Source: Gnetum montanum (Eukaryota > Plantae > Gnetophyta). Taken from it: a stretch of DNA of 64,000 nucleotides. The stretch lies in assembly GCA_015680685.1 (NCBI GenBank), contig MNCI01000996.1:63371-127370 (forward strand), read 5' to 3'. The stretch's first letter is position 1, and the number at the start of each line of letters is the position of its first letter. Below, piece by piece: positions 40,251 to 53,400 of this stretch. Under the pieces are notes generated by a model. It was not told the DNA's origin and ran no database searches. It saw nothing but the letters and a program-made list of their open reading frames with translations. A program made the translations under genes and the position numbers.

Positions 40251-42857
40251 TACTTGGAAAAATTTTGATCATTAATCACTTCATGTATGCAATCATCCCA
40301 AGCTTGGCTTCACCAGGGCAATATTTGGAATTGAGGCTTGGCTATCGTGGCCTAAATACTTCATATTTGAGAGTGTATTACACACCCATCCACATCTAAG
40401 TATAGTATAATTGCAGAAAAATTGAAGATTTTGCTTTCATTTGATGATAGGCTAGGCCAAACTATTTTTTGTTTTAGTAATCATGATGAAAAGAAAGGGA
40501 TCATCAAGTAGAAATCCTACATAAGATGACAAGGCATTGAAGATCATTTTTCAACTTATGGATCCTTTTGCAAGAAAGGGATCTTTTCTAGGATGGCCAG
40601 GTACCTATCTTTTGCCAATTTTTACAAGTTTTCATCAAATTGTGAGGACGTTCTTCAATACCTAGGCTTGTTCTAGTTGAAAATTTTTTATTCTATTTGT
40701 ATTGAATACAAGGTTTAGGTTATGCAATTATGACTAGAACAAGATTTTTACTTTGGATTTATTTTTACAAAGATTTAATTTTTTCTTAAGCCTATCTACA
40801 ACATTTTTGTCATAGTTCTTGTGGAAACTAGTAAAAATTTGCAATTTTTATAAGTTCATGGTGTAAAAATTATAGTTTCCAAGTCCATAGGGTTGTTGTA
40901 TGAGGTTTTGCACTTACCCTACTTTTTCTATGATTTTTTCTCCAAAAGATGGATGGCGTTGACCATGCTAGGATTAATTTTGATAGCATCCAAGATCCTT
41001 GCGGATTACCAAGTAGTGTAGAGGGGCCTTGTATGAAGTTTTTAATTTTTTGAATTTTTTTGTATTTTTCGTAGAGGTTTTACTATAGTTATTTCACTAT
41101 AAACTAGTTTTTTCTTGAAAAAGTCCAAGTAATTTAAATTGCAATTTAAATTTTTGTAAGGTTGCTGGTGCAGTGTTGGAGGAGGATTTGGGTTGTTTTA
41201 GGCTTGCTCCCATCGTTTGTAGCTAGAAATAAAATTTTGAATTTTTTGTGAATTTTTCTAACCATGGAAATTGCCTTGGCTAGTTGTAGTTTCTATTCTT
41301 GGATTTTTTTGGCTTTTCTTGGTTGTTTGATAGTGTTGGGTACTTTGGTATGGGTTTTGGCAACTATGAAAATTTTTCATGGTTATTTTGACCATTGTGT
41401 AACATGTTTGAAGTTGCTAGGCCATCATGTATGATGCTTTGGAGCCTTTCACAAGTTTTCAATGGTAGCGTATGGGCTGAATTGTCTAGTAAAACCCACA
41501 TTTCTACTACCATCTTCTCTTGAATCCTCCCAAATTCCTAGCGTATGGGCTTCTAGGATGGTTTTACTAGTGTATATCCTACAAATTCTTGTACCTAATG
41601 CATCAATACTATCAATTTGGCTTGTTAGCTATTTTGAAATTTGGTTTCGTGCCAACTATTCCTATAAATGTCTATTGGTGATTTTTATGTCAAGACTTTG
41701 TGAAAATGTTAAGAGGTTAGACTTTTGTTTATGTCAAATTTGGAAATAATGAAATTTTTTATTTTACATATTTTTTACGTATTGTTGGTAGCAACACTGG
41801 TATTACATGTGTTATATTTGGTTCTAATGTTTTCTTATGGTAATATGGCTTGACTATGTAGGGTATTTTTGAAACTCATCATGGTTATCATTGAACTAGT
41901 TGAAATGCTATGTTGCATAAAGGTAGCTATGCAAAATAGCCTAAGCCCCAACATGGTTCTTGGACATCATGACTTGGTGTGGTTTAGAACTAGGCAAGAG
42001 AGTTCCTAGCATACTTGCTTCAATAATTTAGTGTGATCATGTGGTCATACTTGGCTTCGGATTGTGCAACCATGCTTGTAAAGACCCTTTTACCAACATT
42101 TTCCAATCACGTCATGAAGTTCATGGTAGATGAACATGATACTCAAGTAGAGGGTGATTAGCTCAATGGTTTGTTTACTCTATTGATGTGTAAGTTATCT
42201 CAGATTTGGGATATGCCTAAGTATTCTTGATATAATACCAATAACATCTTAATGATAGGCCATCAAACTAACATCTTGTTTCAAAACCCTTCCAAAACCT
42301 TCTAACTTTTGCAAGCATAAGCTTTATCTTAAGTTTTCATCTTGTTTTTATTTATGTTAAGCTATTTGCTCTAATGATCTTTGCATTCTCATGTTGTAGA
42401 TATAGGGTTTATAATGGAGGATTGATTAAGAGTGATCAAGTTATATTTGTGATGTTGTAGCCTTGGAAATATTTACACAAGGCCAAATTATAAGATTTGT
42501 GATGTTGTAGCAACTTTGTGATGAATTTACTAGGCATAATTCATGGTTTTCTCAATTTTGCTATAGGTGTTTAGCTACTAAGACAACTCATACCTAGTGG
42601 AGTCTCCTGGAGTTAGGAGTACATGCACCCATAGCTTCAAAGGTTCCAATTTTGCTTAAGCCAAGTAACTAGTTTTCATTTGTGCAAAGCCAACATTCTT
42701 CAATGTTTTTTCTCTTTGGTTATTTTAGTTTTAGTTAGTTAGTTGGTTCTAGCTTTATGTTTATAACTTCCTAGCTTTGTATGGTCTACCTATGTTAAAG
42801 CCAATGGACTACTTGTGTTGGCTTGCAAGTCTTGTGCATGGTTTACCTTTGTTATGA

Positions 42858-45520
42858 TCACCTTGGGCAAAATAGAGGAAAAAGCATACTTAAGTGGGGT
42901 GAAGTAGACTCATCATAGGAGTGGCTAGCAAGCAAAGCTCCTAGAAAGATTAAGCAGAGGATCATCGATGCTGGTTTACTAGATCTATTTATGCTTGATA
43001 GCTTGTTGATGTCCATAATAGAGATGGTGAATGTAATTGATTTATTTGAAAAAGGAGTTAATAAATTCATCTCTTGTATCCATGATATCCTTATGGTTTT
43101 GAACATCAATGAGTCTAAATTTAGTGATCTCTGTGGTATTCCTTGTGATGACATCAAAGTTTCTACAAGAGAGAAAAAAGAGGTGAGCCATATACAGGAG
43201 ATGGAGGAATGACTTAACTCTCATAGCAATGGATCATTGACCCTTGATAAGTACAAAGTCAAAGAGGTAAATGAGACCTATCCTCTATTTTATTTAAGAG
43301 AATTTCTCCTATTGTTCTCACAGAAGAAGATGATAGGTGTTTAGTAGGCTTGGATCATGAAAAAGATTCTCACCAATGATACTAAGTTTTTAGGCTGTGA
43401 GATGAAATTTGAAAATTCTGCAATAATCTTGATACGATATGTCATATGCATTTCACATTCCTTGCTACATATCTTAGGAGGTTTATGGAATTATTGGTGG
43501 TTAAGAAATATGGAAATTGGATGAGCCATGATCTCTCCTAGTTTTTCAAGCCTTAGGCCAAACATATTGTTCCAATGATGCATGTCCAAGATCCATTAGC
43601 TTAGTATATTGGAGAATTGTTGTCAGTTATCACTAAGAAATTTAGCAGTGTGCATTATGCTTTCCTTAACAACATGGGGATATAACTTCTTGCTACACGT
43701 GGTAATGCCAAGAGAGCTAAGAAGGTATGTGGAAAAGTTGATGATGTGGCTAAAGAGAAGATAAAGAGGCCATTAGTTGAAGTAACTATTCTTGTTGTCA
43801 ATTAGTAGATACATAAGAAGGTATTCATCAGATTTTGCAACATGGATTAGTCTATTGTAGGTATGTATATATGAATTTATGAATTTTTATGTTTATATAT
43901 ATATATTATTTATTGTTATGTATATATATCATTTTTATCAAAATGTTTCTAACTTATTCTAAGTTTTACCTTTGCCATGATTGTAGGGAGATAATAAGGA
44001 TTGGAAACCTAGGCCATTGCAGAAGTAGAACAAAGATGTAAGTAAGAAGAGGAGTGAAGACATCAAGAGAAGGAAGAAAGAGTATCCAATGAAGCATTGG
44101 ATGCCATGGATACTATGTTTAAGGACTCGCCTTTAGGACGCAACTCCCTTGTGGATATGCCTTATTATTTTCCAAGTACTTACTTAATTTTAATTATATT
44201 TTTACTTTTAAAGTTTATGTCAATTTTCTAAAAGTTGTGTTGATGATTATACTTCTTATGATACATGAGCCCCCTATAGAAGCATCTACATCTAAACTTT
44301 GCTTGAAGCATTGGGTTGAGGTTTTAGACAAGGTAAAATTCATGTAAGACACGGTGGATGATATGGTCAATTGATTACAATAGATAGCCCCTGATGTTGA
44401 TAAGAATAGTTAGAATAATTTTGCTTTGCATTTTTTACTTTAAGCTTTAATGGTTTTGGTGCTATAAAATATTTTGGTTATTTTTGTTGTTTTTTTATTT
44501 TTATGTTATGTTTTGGTCATTGTAGTATCCAATGTTAGATGGAATCCTACATGTGACATTGAGCTCCTTACACTTCCACCTAAGGTGGAGAACATTCCAT
44601 GAAGGTTATATGAGGGAACTACTTAGTGTGATATCTCATGTGCTAGAACATCTTGGAAGTGCCAACGCTCTAATGAATTCCAATGGGAGAAGGTCATGGC
44701 CTTGGAAAAGTAGGTTAAATCATCATCAAATGAGAAAAAGAGGCTTAGGGATTGTAAAACGTTTATAGAAGCCCATGTGGCCAATAGATAATCTTTGAGC
44801 ACTAAAGAAATTGAGTGGTCATGCTACTAGAGTACCATCTAGGGCAAGGTTGCTCTAGCTAGGAGCAATGTGGAAAAGGATATGCCAATGGATCTGCTAA
44901 TTCATAAGACTAGAGACTAGAGGGATTATTATGCCTGGATGCTTGAGTGAAGAAAGAAAACAAAATGCTCACAAGCGACAATACAAAGTAGAAAAGGAGA
45001 GTTATCTAAAATGACAACATGAGGAGGTTTTTGGATGTAGAAAACTTGAGTTATTTGTATAGGGAATAAATGTAGAGAACACTTTGAAGATATTTGTAGA
45101 TTTAGTGATAGTGTCCAATTCTCTTGCCCTTTAGATTAGCACTACTTCTAGAGAGACTACCTCTGCTACTCTTACCTAAGAGCCTCCTGAGTGGATAAAC
45201 ATTGAGAGGAGAAATATCCTAGCAGAGGTAGATCTAGGAAAAATCAACTAGACAAACATGAGTGAAGAGCAAATTCTTCACAAGCTAGAGACAAGTCTTT
45301 AGACATTTACCATAGAAGGTATTGCCTCGAAATCCATAGAGGTTTGTTTTTAAAGTTTTGAAGATTTTATGTTATATTTTAGCTTTATTATATTCTTAGT
45401 TCTTATGGCTTCATAGTTATGCTTTTTTTATGATGATTAGTAATTATTTATGTTTTGGTTATTTATAGGCTTGAGGTGATTGTAATGACATTGGTGATGA
45501 TATAGGCACTCACCCTTCGC
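42858..45520 (+). pseudogene. Antisense, multi-exon plant mobile domain (PMD)-like gene remnant inside the Ogre spacer
   Basis: IKQRIIDAGLLDLF..VIDLFEKGVNKF..LNINESKFSDLCGIPCDD resembles the PMD iTl.dv..llGLP..G motif. GT-AG introns at 43861-43986 and 45342-45468, plus two more with decayed donors (44155-44279, 44400-44525). Charged, coiled-coil-like 3' exon. Confidence 0.55.
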
Positions 45521-46259
45521 CTCTTTCTCTAGCTTAGTTTTAGCTATGTTAGTCATGGTACTTTTTTGTCATTCTAGTTATAGTATTGTAGTTATTTACT
45601 TTGGCTATCGTAGCTGTTGGGGACTATGTAATATTTTAATATTATTATTTGATTATTACATAGTGCAACCATGGCTATAGGACATTTTATTTATTCTTGT
45701 TCTTATCATTATTTCATCACACAATGTGACTATGGCTATTGGTATGGACACTTTGGTCATAAAAATATTTTAAATATTTTTATTTTATTAATTTTATTTT
45801 TTCTTGCATAAAAGATCTATGCATTAGAACAATAAGATTATAAAAGAAAGTTTCACAGTAAAATAGTAAAGGTGCAAGATACAGTGTAATAGCTTTTAAG
45901 TGACCTAAGAAAAGGGAAACAATGGTATTACTAGTTTTAGGCCCTAGTAGGCCACTAGTTTAAGGCCTTGGTAGGTCATTTTTTTGGTTTTATGTTTTAA
46001 TAATTTTTAGGAAGTTTTATGGTTTTCCATTTTTTATGACATTTTATAGTTTTAAAAGAAAACAAAAAAGGAGAATAGGAATAACTTGTAAACCTAACAC
46101 AAGAATGTAAAGCAAAGGCTAAATAGCAATAAGTCATAATAAGGCTAAAAATTTATTAAGAAAAGTAAATTAAAACAAAGCATATAAATGAAAGTTAAAA
46201 CCTAGGTTATAAAGTAAAAGGCTACGTGGTAATGTTAGATGGCATGCTTAACCATGCAA

Positions 46260-49200
46260 CTATTTCCTAATCTTTAAAACACTAGGGAACTTGTAAAGCC
46301 TTTGTTGCATGATCTTGTACCCTCCATTCTCTTCACTAACAATGTTGAATGGAAGCTCTTCCCATGTTTCATTCATGATTTTATTATTTTTGGTCTTGGA
46401 TTGGTTTACATTATTATGTCTCTTGACTTTGCTTTTGATAGTAGGAGCCTCTTCTTGAAATTTCACTTTGGATCCTTGTTCCACATCAATATTGTTGACT
46501 AACAAAGGGACTACACTATTACCATGTATTATGATTTCATCTCCTCCATAAGGTAGGTGAATTTCTTGATGTATAGGAAAAGAAATTACTCTTAACTTAG
46601 CCAACCAAGGCCTCCTTAGGATTAGGTTGAATCCTGCTATTTCTAGCACCACTAAGAAATTAGTAGACATGGAAAACTATTTCCTCATGATGAAGCCTAA
46701 AGAGATAGATCCTCTAACTATTACCCATGAATTGATAAAGGACTTGAGAGTAGAGGTGGGTGTGCTTTGTATATGATCCAACAAGCCTAGATGTGTTATG
46801 ATGGTAGAAGTTATAACATTTGTAGCTGCTCTATCATCAACATGTACCCAGTGTACCTTGTATTTGCCAATTCTTATAGTTATGAAGAGAGGGGCTTTTG
46901 ACTTCACCGGTGTGTAGACTAGTCTTTACCTCATTATCATAAAATAGTAAGGCAGTTGACTTTGTTTCTTCCCTAGGTGAAGGTGGTACCATTACCGCAT
47001 GAATGGATTCTTCTCTAGTAGAAATATATTCATTGCTAGGAATAGAGGTTAACTTTTTAACTAAGGCCTTGCTGTGAGTAGATAAGGTCATCACTAGGTC
47101 ATATAGGCTTAAAGAAGTATTCTTCAATTTGAGAGAAAGCTTGACTTGTTCTATGACAGTGAGTAAGTCTTTGTCACTATTCATGATCTTTTCATTCTTA
47201 TTGACTTTGAATTCTTCCTTTCTACTTGGAATTTTTACCTCATGCTTTAGCATTTGTGTTTTAGGCCCCTCTTTTTTTTTGTTATTTTTTGTCATTCCTA
47301 GGTTGACTTGTTGAAGCAAATTTTGCATTAGTATCCATAGGTATTGCTAAGATTGGGGTGTGCTTTGGTAGGTCCACCTCTTTTCAAAGTTGTGGTTGTT
47401 TACTATTCTTAGATTTAGGCTAGTAGGATGGCTTCTTTTATTGTTTGATTAGTGACTTTTTGCTATTTTTTTGTGAAAATTTTGATGCATTGGTTACCAT
47501 GGAAGAATGTTGATCAATTTGTATCATAGAATTAGGCATGGTTGGGAGGGATAGTCTAATAATGAATGGTTCTTTAGGAGGCATAGGTGATGGTACCCTT
47601 ATGAAAAAAGGAGTTCTTGAACTTGATGAAGTTGATGTTCTTTCATTACAAGGAGGTATCAAAATTGCAAATGGCTCCTTGGCAAGTTTAGGATTGTTGC
47701 TAACATTAAAGGTAACTATAATGTAGGAATTGTTACTAGCATTTATTAAATCTTTATATACTTGCATGTGTTGGTTCTGAGGCATAACTAGGTTTGATGT
47801 ATCTATAACCAACTTACAATTGTCTATCATCTTTTAAAAATCATCCTTTAAAGCCTAGAAAAAATTAGTGTCATGACTATGAAGCTAGTGGTAATGGTAG
47901 AATCTATCTAGTTAAAAATATTTGGGAATAGGTGGATCATCCTTTGTGGCCATGGTGGATTTCTTAGTGATCTCACACAAGTAGTCATGCCTCTTGTGGG
48001 AAAGTTTTGTCATCTATTTATATTGGACATGATGACTCTTGAGTAATTGGTCAAGAAGCTTAGATGATTTCATGGGCAGCTTCATGTATTTGGACTAATC
48101 TTTTCTTTTGAGGTTAGGCTTAGATTGATTGGATGTAGAGGCATCCGATGTTGAAGGTTGAGTAGTAGTGGTAGGGGCCTTTAGTTGATTAGTTTTTGGT
48201 TTGTGTGTGGTTTTTGTTTCTTTGACCATGGTGGCCACAACTACATGGTTCTATTACTCTTTATTCATATATGTTCATGTATGCTAATTCTTGTATGTTA
48301 CATGGGCAAGATCATTGCTAACTTTAGTGGCATCCTCTATGTTTTTGGTTTGGGAGAAGGCTTTTCTAAGTAATTTCAAGTCTAGGAAATATAATTTAGA
48401 CTTGATAAAGTCATTAATTGCCCTCTTGAATATGGATAGAAGGTGTGTGTTAGTGATGGGTTCAAGAATCTCATTAAGGAGTGCATTTCATCACTGTATG
48501 AACTTCTGTATAGGTTTAAGGGATCCTTGTTTAACTTTCATTAGTTGGTCAAGTGTTGTATTTGGTTTCAAGTTATACTTGAAATGGTTAATGAACTATG
48601 TAATCAAGTCCTCTAGTGAGGTAATGGAACCTCTAAGTAGAGTGAAGTACTAGTTTAGGACCTTCCCAATAAGGGACATAGGAAAGATACACATAATAAT
48701 GGGGCCAAGCTTGTAAAAACAAGCACTTGAATAAGAAGATAATGAGATATGAATATGGATCATCATTGCCATTATACTTGGTGAACTAGAGAATGGGAAT
48801 TCTAGCAAAAAGAGTTATCTATGGGATAGTGGAGTTGATGGGGTGATATTGGTAGAAGTCCATCATCTTCACTGTCTAAGTGGTGGAGGCTGTGAGCTTT
48901 CACAGCTCTTTGATGAGGTCCTAGATCATCTAAAAGGCTTAATCTAGGACTTGGAACATTTCCATGACTTGTGGTATTTGTACAAATGGCTATGAAGGGA
49001 GTTGAGAGGCTTGGGGCCATGTGATGAACATCGGTATTGATGGAAGGGGCTAGGTGATCACTATGGTAGAAGGGTTAAATAGAGAAAAGGATGTCTGAGC
49101 TCACACTTGGAGGATAAAGGAGATAAAGGAAATGTAGGAGATTTACATAGCTTGGGATCCCAAAGAGTGTTCCACTAGTATGATGAAGGGAGATGGTGAT

Positions 49201-49600
49201 GTAGAAATCACTTGGATCAGGCACACAGAATGAGGTTGAGTGGAAAAGGGCATCGACAAGAACAACAATGCAGAGTGAGATACAAGTGAAGATTGGTATG
49301 CTATGATGACAAGCGTTAGACCAAACATGGTATGACATACATGGAAATATTAGGGAACCTACACTATTGGAGATACTAGGTGTGTAAGGCTAGAGATGGT
49401 TATTTGGGAAGATGATTATTGAAAGAGATTTTTGATAAATTTTTCTAGCTCTAGTTCTACCTTGAATTCATCATGTTCCTCCTAATTTTTATTAGAACTA
49501 ACTTCCTCAAATTCATCCTATTTCTCCCAATTCTCATCCAAACTAACTTTCTTACTTATGTTATAGATGTCTATTAGTTATGTCAAAGTGTGTGCATAGA
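46260..49600 (-). pseudogene. gag: Ogre/Tat gag and protease remnant
   Basis: KYNGNDDP (~48780), FINHFKYNLKPNTTLDQLMKVKQG, Ogre-type YHYH*LHSHDTNFF*ALK..MIDNCKL (~47830-47900), PR VHVDDRAATNVI and FNLILRRPWL. Confidence 0.88.
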
Positions 49601-50430
49601 AGTTTATTAGGTTGATTTGATCTTAAGGGAAGTGTATGTATTCCTTCCCATTTCTGTTGATGATCTTAAACTAATGTTTGACATCCGATTCAAGATGTGG
49701 AGTTAGGAGACCTACTTGAATTCCAGCACAAAATAAAATTATGATACTTCTTATTTATTATTGTGAAGTCTAGTTCTTGTGCCCTTCATTTAAGTGATTG
49801 TCTACTATATATGATTGAAAGATCCTTGGGATTATAGATGTGAATTGCTTCTCGATTGGAGGCCATTTGTATTATGTTGTGAGGCAAGATTGTTGAACAA
49901 TGAAAAGGCATAAGCAAAGTGATAAACCAAGTGATTGGCTAAGTCTATTAACATGTGAGAGTCTCTGTGAGAACCTCTACATATGAGCATCTCAGTGTAT
50001 GGAGTAATCTTAGCCTTAACCATTGCAAAGTAAAAATTTCCATTTAAAATTTGTTCAAGGAAAATGGCCGAGAAATTATAAAATGTAGAGATGAAAACAA
50101 GGATTTCAATGTAGATTGAAACTTCAAGAATAGTGCATGTGGCTGTGATAGCACTGTGCATTGCACTAGAAGAAAATTAGCTCTTATGTTTTAAAAATGA
50201 AGGGAATGGTGGAAGCATTGCAAATTGTAATTAGAAAATTGAATGGAAAAAGATTTGTGTTGGTACATTTGGCCATTCCATGGAACAGTTGCAATATTTT
50301 ATGGTTGTAAATGTACAAAGTGAATTTCAGCTTTAGTGTTGAAGGTTGGGTGTTTTTAAGGAAGCAATTCACTAGTGAAAAAATTGATGTTAAAGCCTTC
50401 TCAATATAAGATAAAGGTGCCAAATTATCT

Positions 50431-53400
50431 TGTTGTTAAAATCAGAAATTAGAACTATGGCAAGGAAGCAAGTATGTTATTCATGTGAAAAGCATTAAGT
50501 TGCAGATCCCGGTTTACAAGACAAAATAAAAAATGTAACAAAACCAGCAACGCCTTCGTCGTTTTGAAGATCATAAAAAGAAAGGCAAATTAACATCCAC
50601 CACTGTACCTACTGAAGGGAAAAACAATGGAGATAAGGAAAATAGTGAAAGCATAGGAGACTGTTGCAGGAAAATGTACAACATCACCACCGTGATGTTC
50701 ACCCTGGCGTAGACGGACATCTTCACAAACACAAGAATATTACTTCAAAACAAAGTTTGAAACCCCCATTTGCGAAATATGCAAGGAAATGGGTTATGCC
50801 TTGTTAAAACCCTGATTTGTTTTGCAGGTCGTGGTGTTTTTGATCCTTTTTGCAGGGTATAACATAGAAGGTTCCTACGGATCTGCTGGACGAAGATCCA
50901 CAAAACATTGGCCCATGATTCGGCAAACAGAAAAACGCAGGAAGGAAAACAGAAAAAAAAAACATAAGTAAAGACAAGTCCAAAAATCGCAACAAATCAG
51001 AATTTTGCGTGACAAAGATTAGATGGCTGGTAGCCTTGCAAAACACAATGTTTGCCTGATGCAGATGCAGCTTGGCAAACGCACGTCATGACAGTAGTGT
51101 CGTGCACACAGCACCCCTGTTGCCAGCTACACTTAGATCCTTTAGATCCGCGCAGCACGGTAATCTTCTGCGAAAATGCAGTATCCAACAATCGAGGTAA
51201 GAAAATTCTGGAATGTGTGGGTTTTTAGCGGGGAACAGAAATGGATTTACGAGTTTGCTGCCGTAAAGAAGATAATGAAATAGTAATGTGTATCGATCAA
51301 GAATGGAGGCAAGGCTCGGCACACGTTCTTTATTTCAAATTTCTATAATGATTTACCATAGGGTAAATCTGCAACATAGCATTTTGCGGAAATGAAGAGA
51401 GTTTGAGGATATCGCTCCTTGAGATTGCAGACTATTTTGGGGATTTAATTTTGTGCAACATGGGATGATACGGCGCTAATCCTATAGCTGAGATTTGTGT
51501 GGATCATTCTATTAAGGACAATGGTTGCTGAACGCAGAGGCTCTGGGCGGTGAAACCTTAAGTTTTATTTATTTTAAATTCATTTCATGTGTGGATGAAT
51601 TTCCGTAGGATAGTGCAGGTGAGAAGTAAATCATGGCTATATTTGTCGTGGCAAAGGTTACAACAGTTTCAAATTTTTTCGGCACATTCGGCAATGTTAC
51701 CGAACGCGGTGGCGGAGCCTTCTTCTGCGGAAACAGTTGACAACGATTTTGGACTGGGTGGGACAATTTGGAATTATTTACGGTGGTTACAGGCCCAGAT
51801 CTCATATTTTATGTCAGATACAGGAAAGATATATAAGAACGGTCGTGACCTCTGCATCCACAATACCCCTTGACTATAACATGATAAGATACACATATAC
51901 CCATAGTGTGAAGCCCCAGTTATAAACTTACCTTTTTTTTAGACTTTAAAAACATTATTATATAAGTTTTATAGTTTAAACATGTTTATAATATTTGTAG
52001 TATAGATATAACTTCGATAGCATAAATCTCTCCTAATTATATGTATAACCTCCTAAATAACTCTTTCCTAATTAAATGAGTAAGTTGTAACCTCCTTGGG
52101 AGAAAAGTTAGCTAGGATATTTTAGCAAGTAATCTCCTATTGGTTGGCCAAGTTACTTGTGAGAAAAGTTAGGAGAGATATTTTTGAGATATTTTTGGGA
52201 TATTTGGAAATTGCAACTTCCCTATACAATACTTAGAGGACATCTCATTTTGAAGAAGCAAAATTAAAAGGATATATATGTATGGAGTAAGTTGCAACTA
52301 TAGCTTGTATTCCTATGTATTTTAGAAATTGTATTTTAATTTTCTATGATATTGTAACTACCAAGGCCACTTGTCAACTTCTTTTTCTCTTTGGTGGTTG
52401 CAACCACCCAAAATTGTTGTAACTTACCTAACTTGTTGGGCAAGTAATCTTCTAATTGGTTGGCCAAGTTACTTGTGAGAGAAGTTAGGTGAGATATTTT
52501 TAAATTTGTAACTTCCCTACCTACCTTTGAACCCTATAAAAAGGTTGGGGGGAAAATAAGATCATGATCACACTAAGGAGGACTTGGTATCATCACTTCT
52601 CACATCATTTGGGGTCTCATACATCACACTTTGAGAAGGCTACTAGTTAGCATTTGGGCTCTTACTTGGAGACACTTTGAGTCTTGGGAGAAGAGCTTTG
52701 TAAAGAAGAAGTTGTGACGATTGCTTGCAAGATGGCTTGCTAGAATAAAGATTTCAGCCTCTTTGTCATGGTCCTATGAGTTATGCATTTCATTTCTTAT
52801 TTTGTTTAAATTTTTTAGCTAGTGGTTTAGATAGTATCATCCTTGGCAAGTAATTTTGGGATTTTTAGATTGCTCTTATTGTTCTTGTTGCCCGATAGAA
52901 ATTTCTATTAAAATTTTGCCATAGAAGCGTTCGTGTTTAAAAGCCTTAAGAGCATTTTAGTAGTAAATTTCATTATTATGCAACGTGTGGGAACTACTAT
53001 TGGGATTGTTGTAAGAGAGCCTCTTTTTGTAGTCACGCCGTTGAACAATTCAGTAGTCGAGAGGGTTCAGAGAATCTTTGGTATTTTGATGGAACCTGAA
53101 TAGCTTCTTTTTATCTTTAAAGTGAATTCTCGTGGTATTTCAATCAGAAATTGTCAAGTCTTTTAAAGGTTCTATTTGAATGCAATCGTTGACATCTATT
53201 ATCTAGTCAAAATGGAGTCTCGTACGTGGTAGTTTACGCAGCAATTTTTGGTAACTTAGTAGGATTGTCTTGGAGATATTGCTTGTTTGAGCCTTGTAAG
53301 TTTGAACAATTCGTAGATATTGAATTTGGGATAGCTTTATTGCGAAGTGTTTACTCGTGTCATTTTACCTTGTTTAAATATTTGAGGTCTACACAAATCT

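Larger units (their letters stand above)
37961..46252 (-). other. Putative ~8.3 kb PR-RT intron (Ogre-type)
   Basis: Donor-like G|GTTAAG at 46252 just after the PR ORF and acceptor-like TTAATGTGTAG|G at 37961 just before RT-leading sequence. Ogre elements are known to have an intron at this position. Confidence 0.5.

Noticed and set aside
50412-50435. TGGCACC as the Ogre PBS next to an LTR end
   Set aside because: No tRNA-like match beyond 7 nt, an 8-nt spacer, and the adjacent sequence does not match the Ogre LTR.
51405-51496. Two miR390-target-like sites (TAS3-like)
   Set aside because: They need several bulges and mismatches, lie only ~60 nt apart, and no tasiARF sequence is between them.
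50540-51873. Cellular gene exons in the CpG-rich block (splice-like sites, ORF 51589-51873, CEICKEMGY)
   Set aside because: No coherent multi-exon frame or recognisable domain could be built. The PPT-TG junction favours an LTR, though a gene fragment cannot be excluded without a database search.
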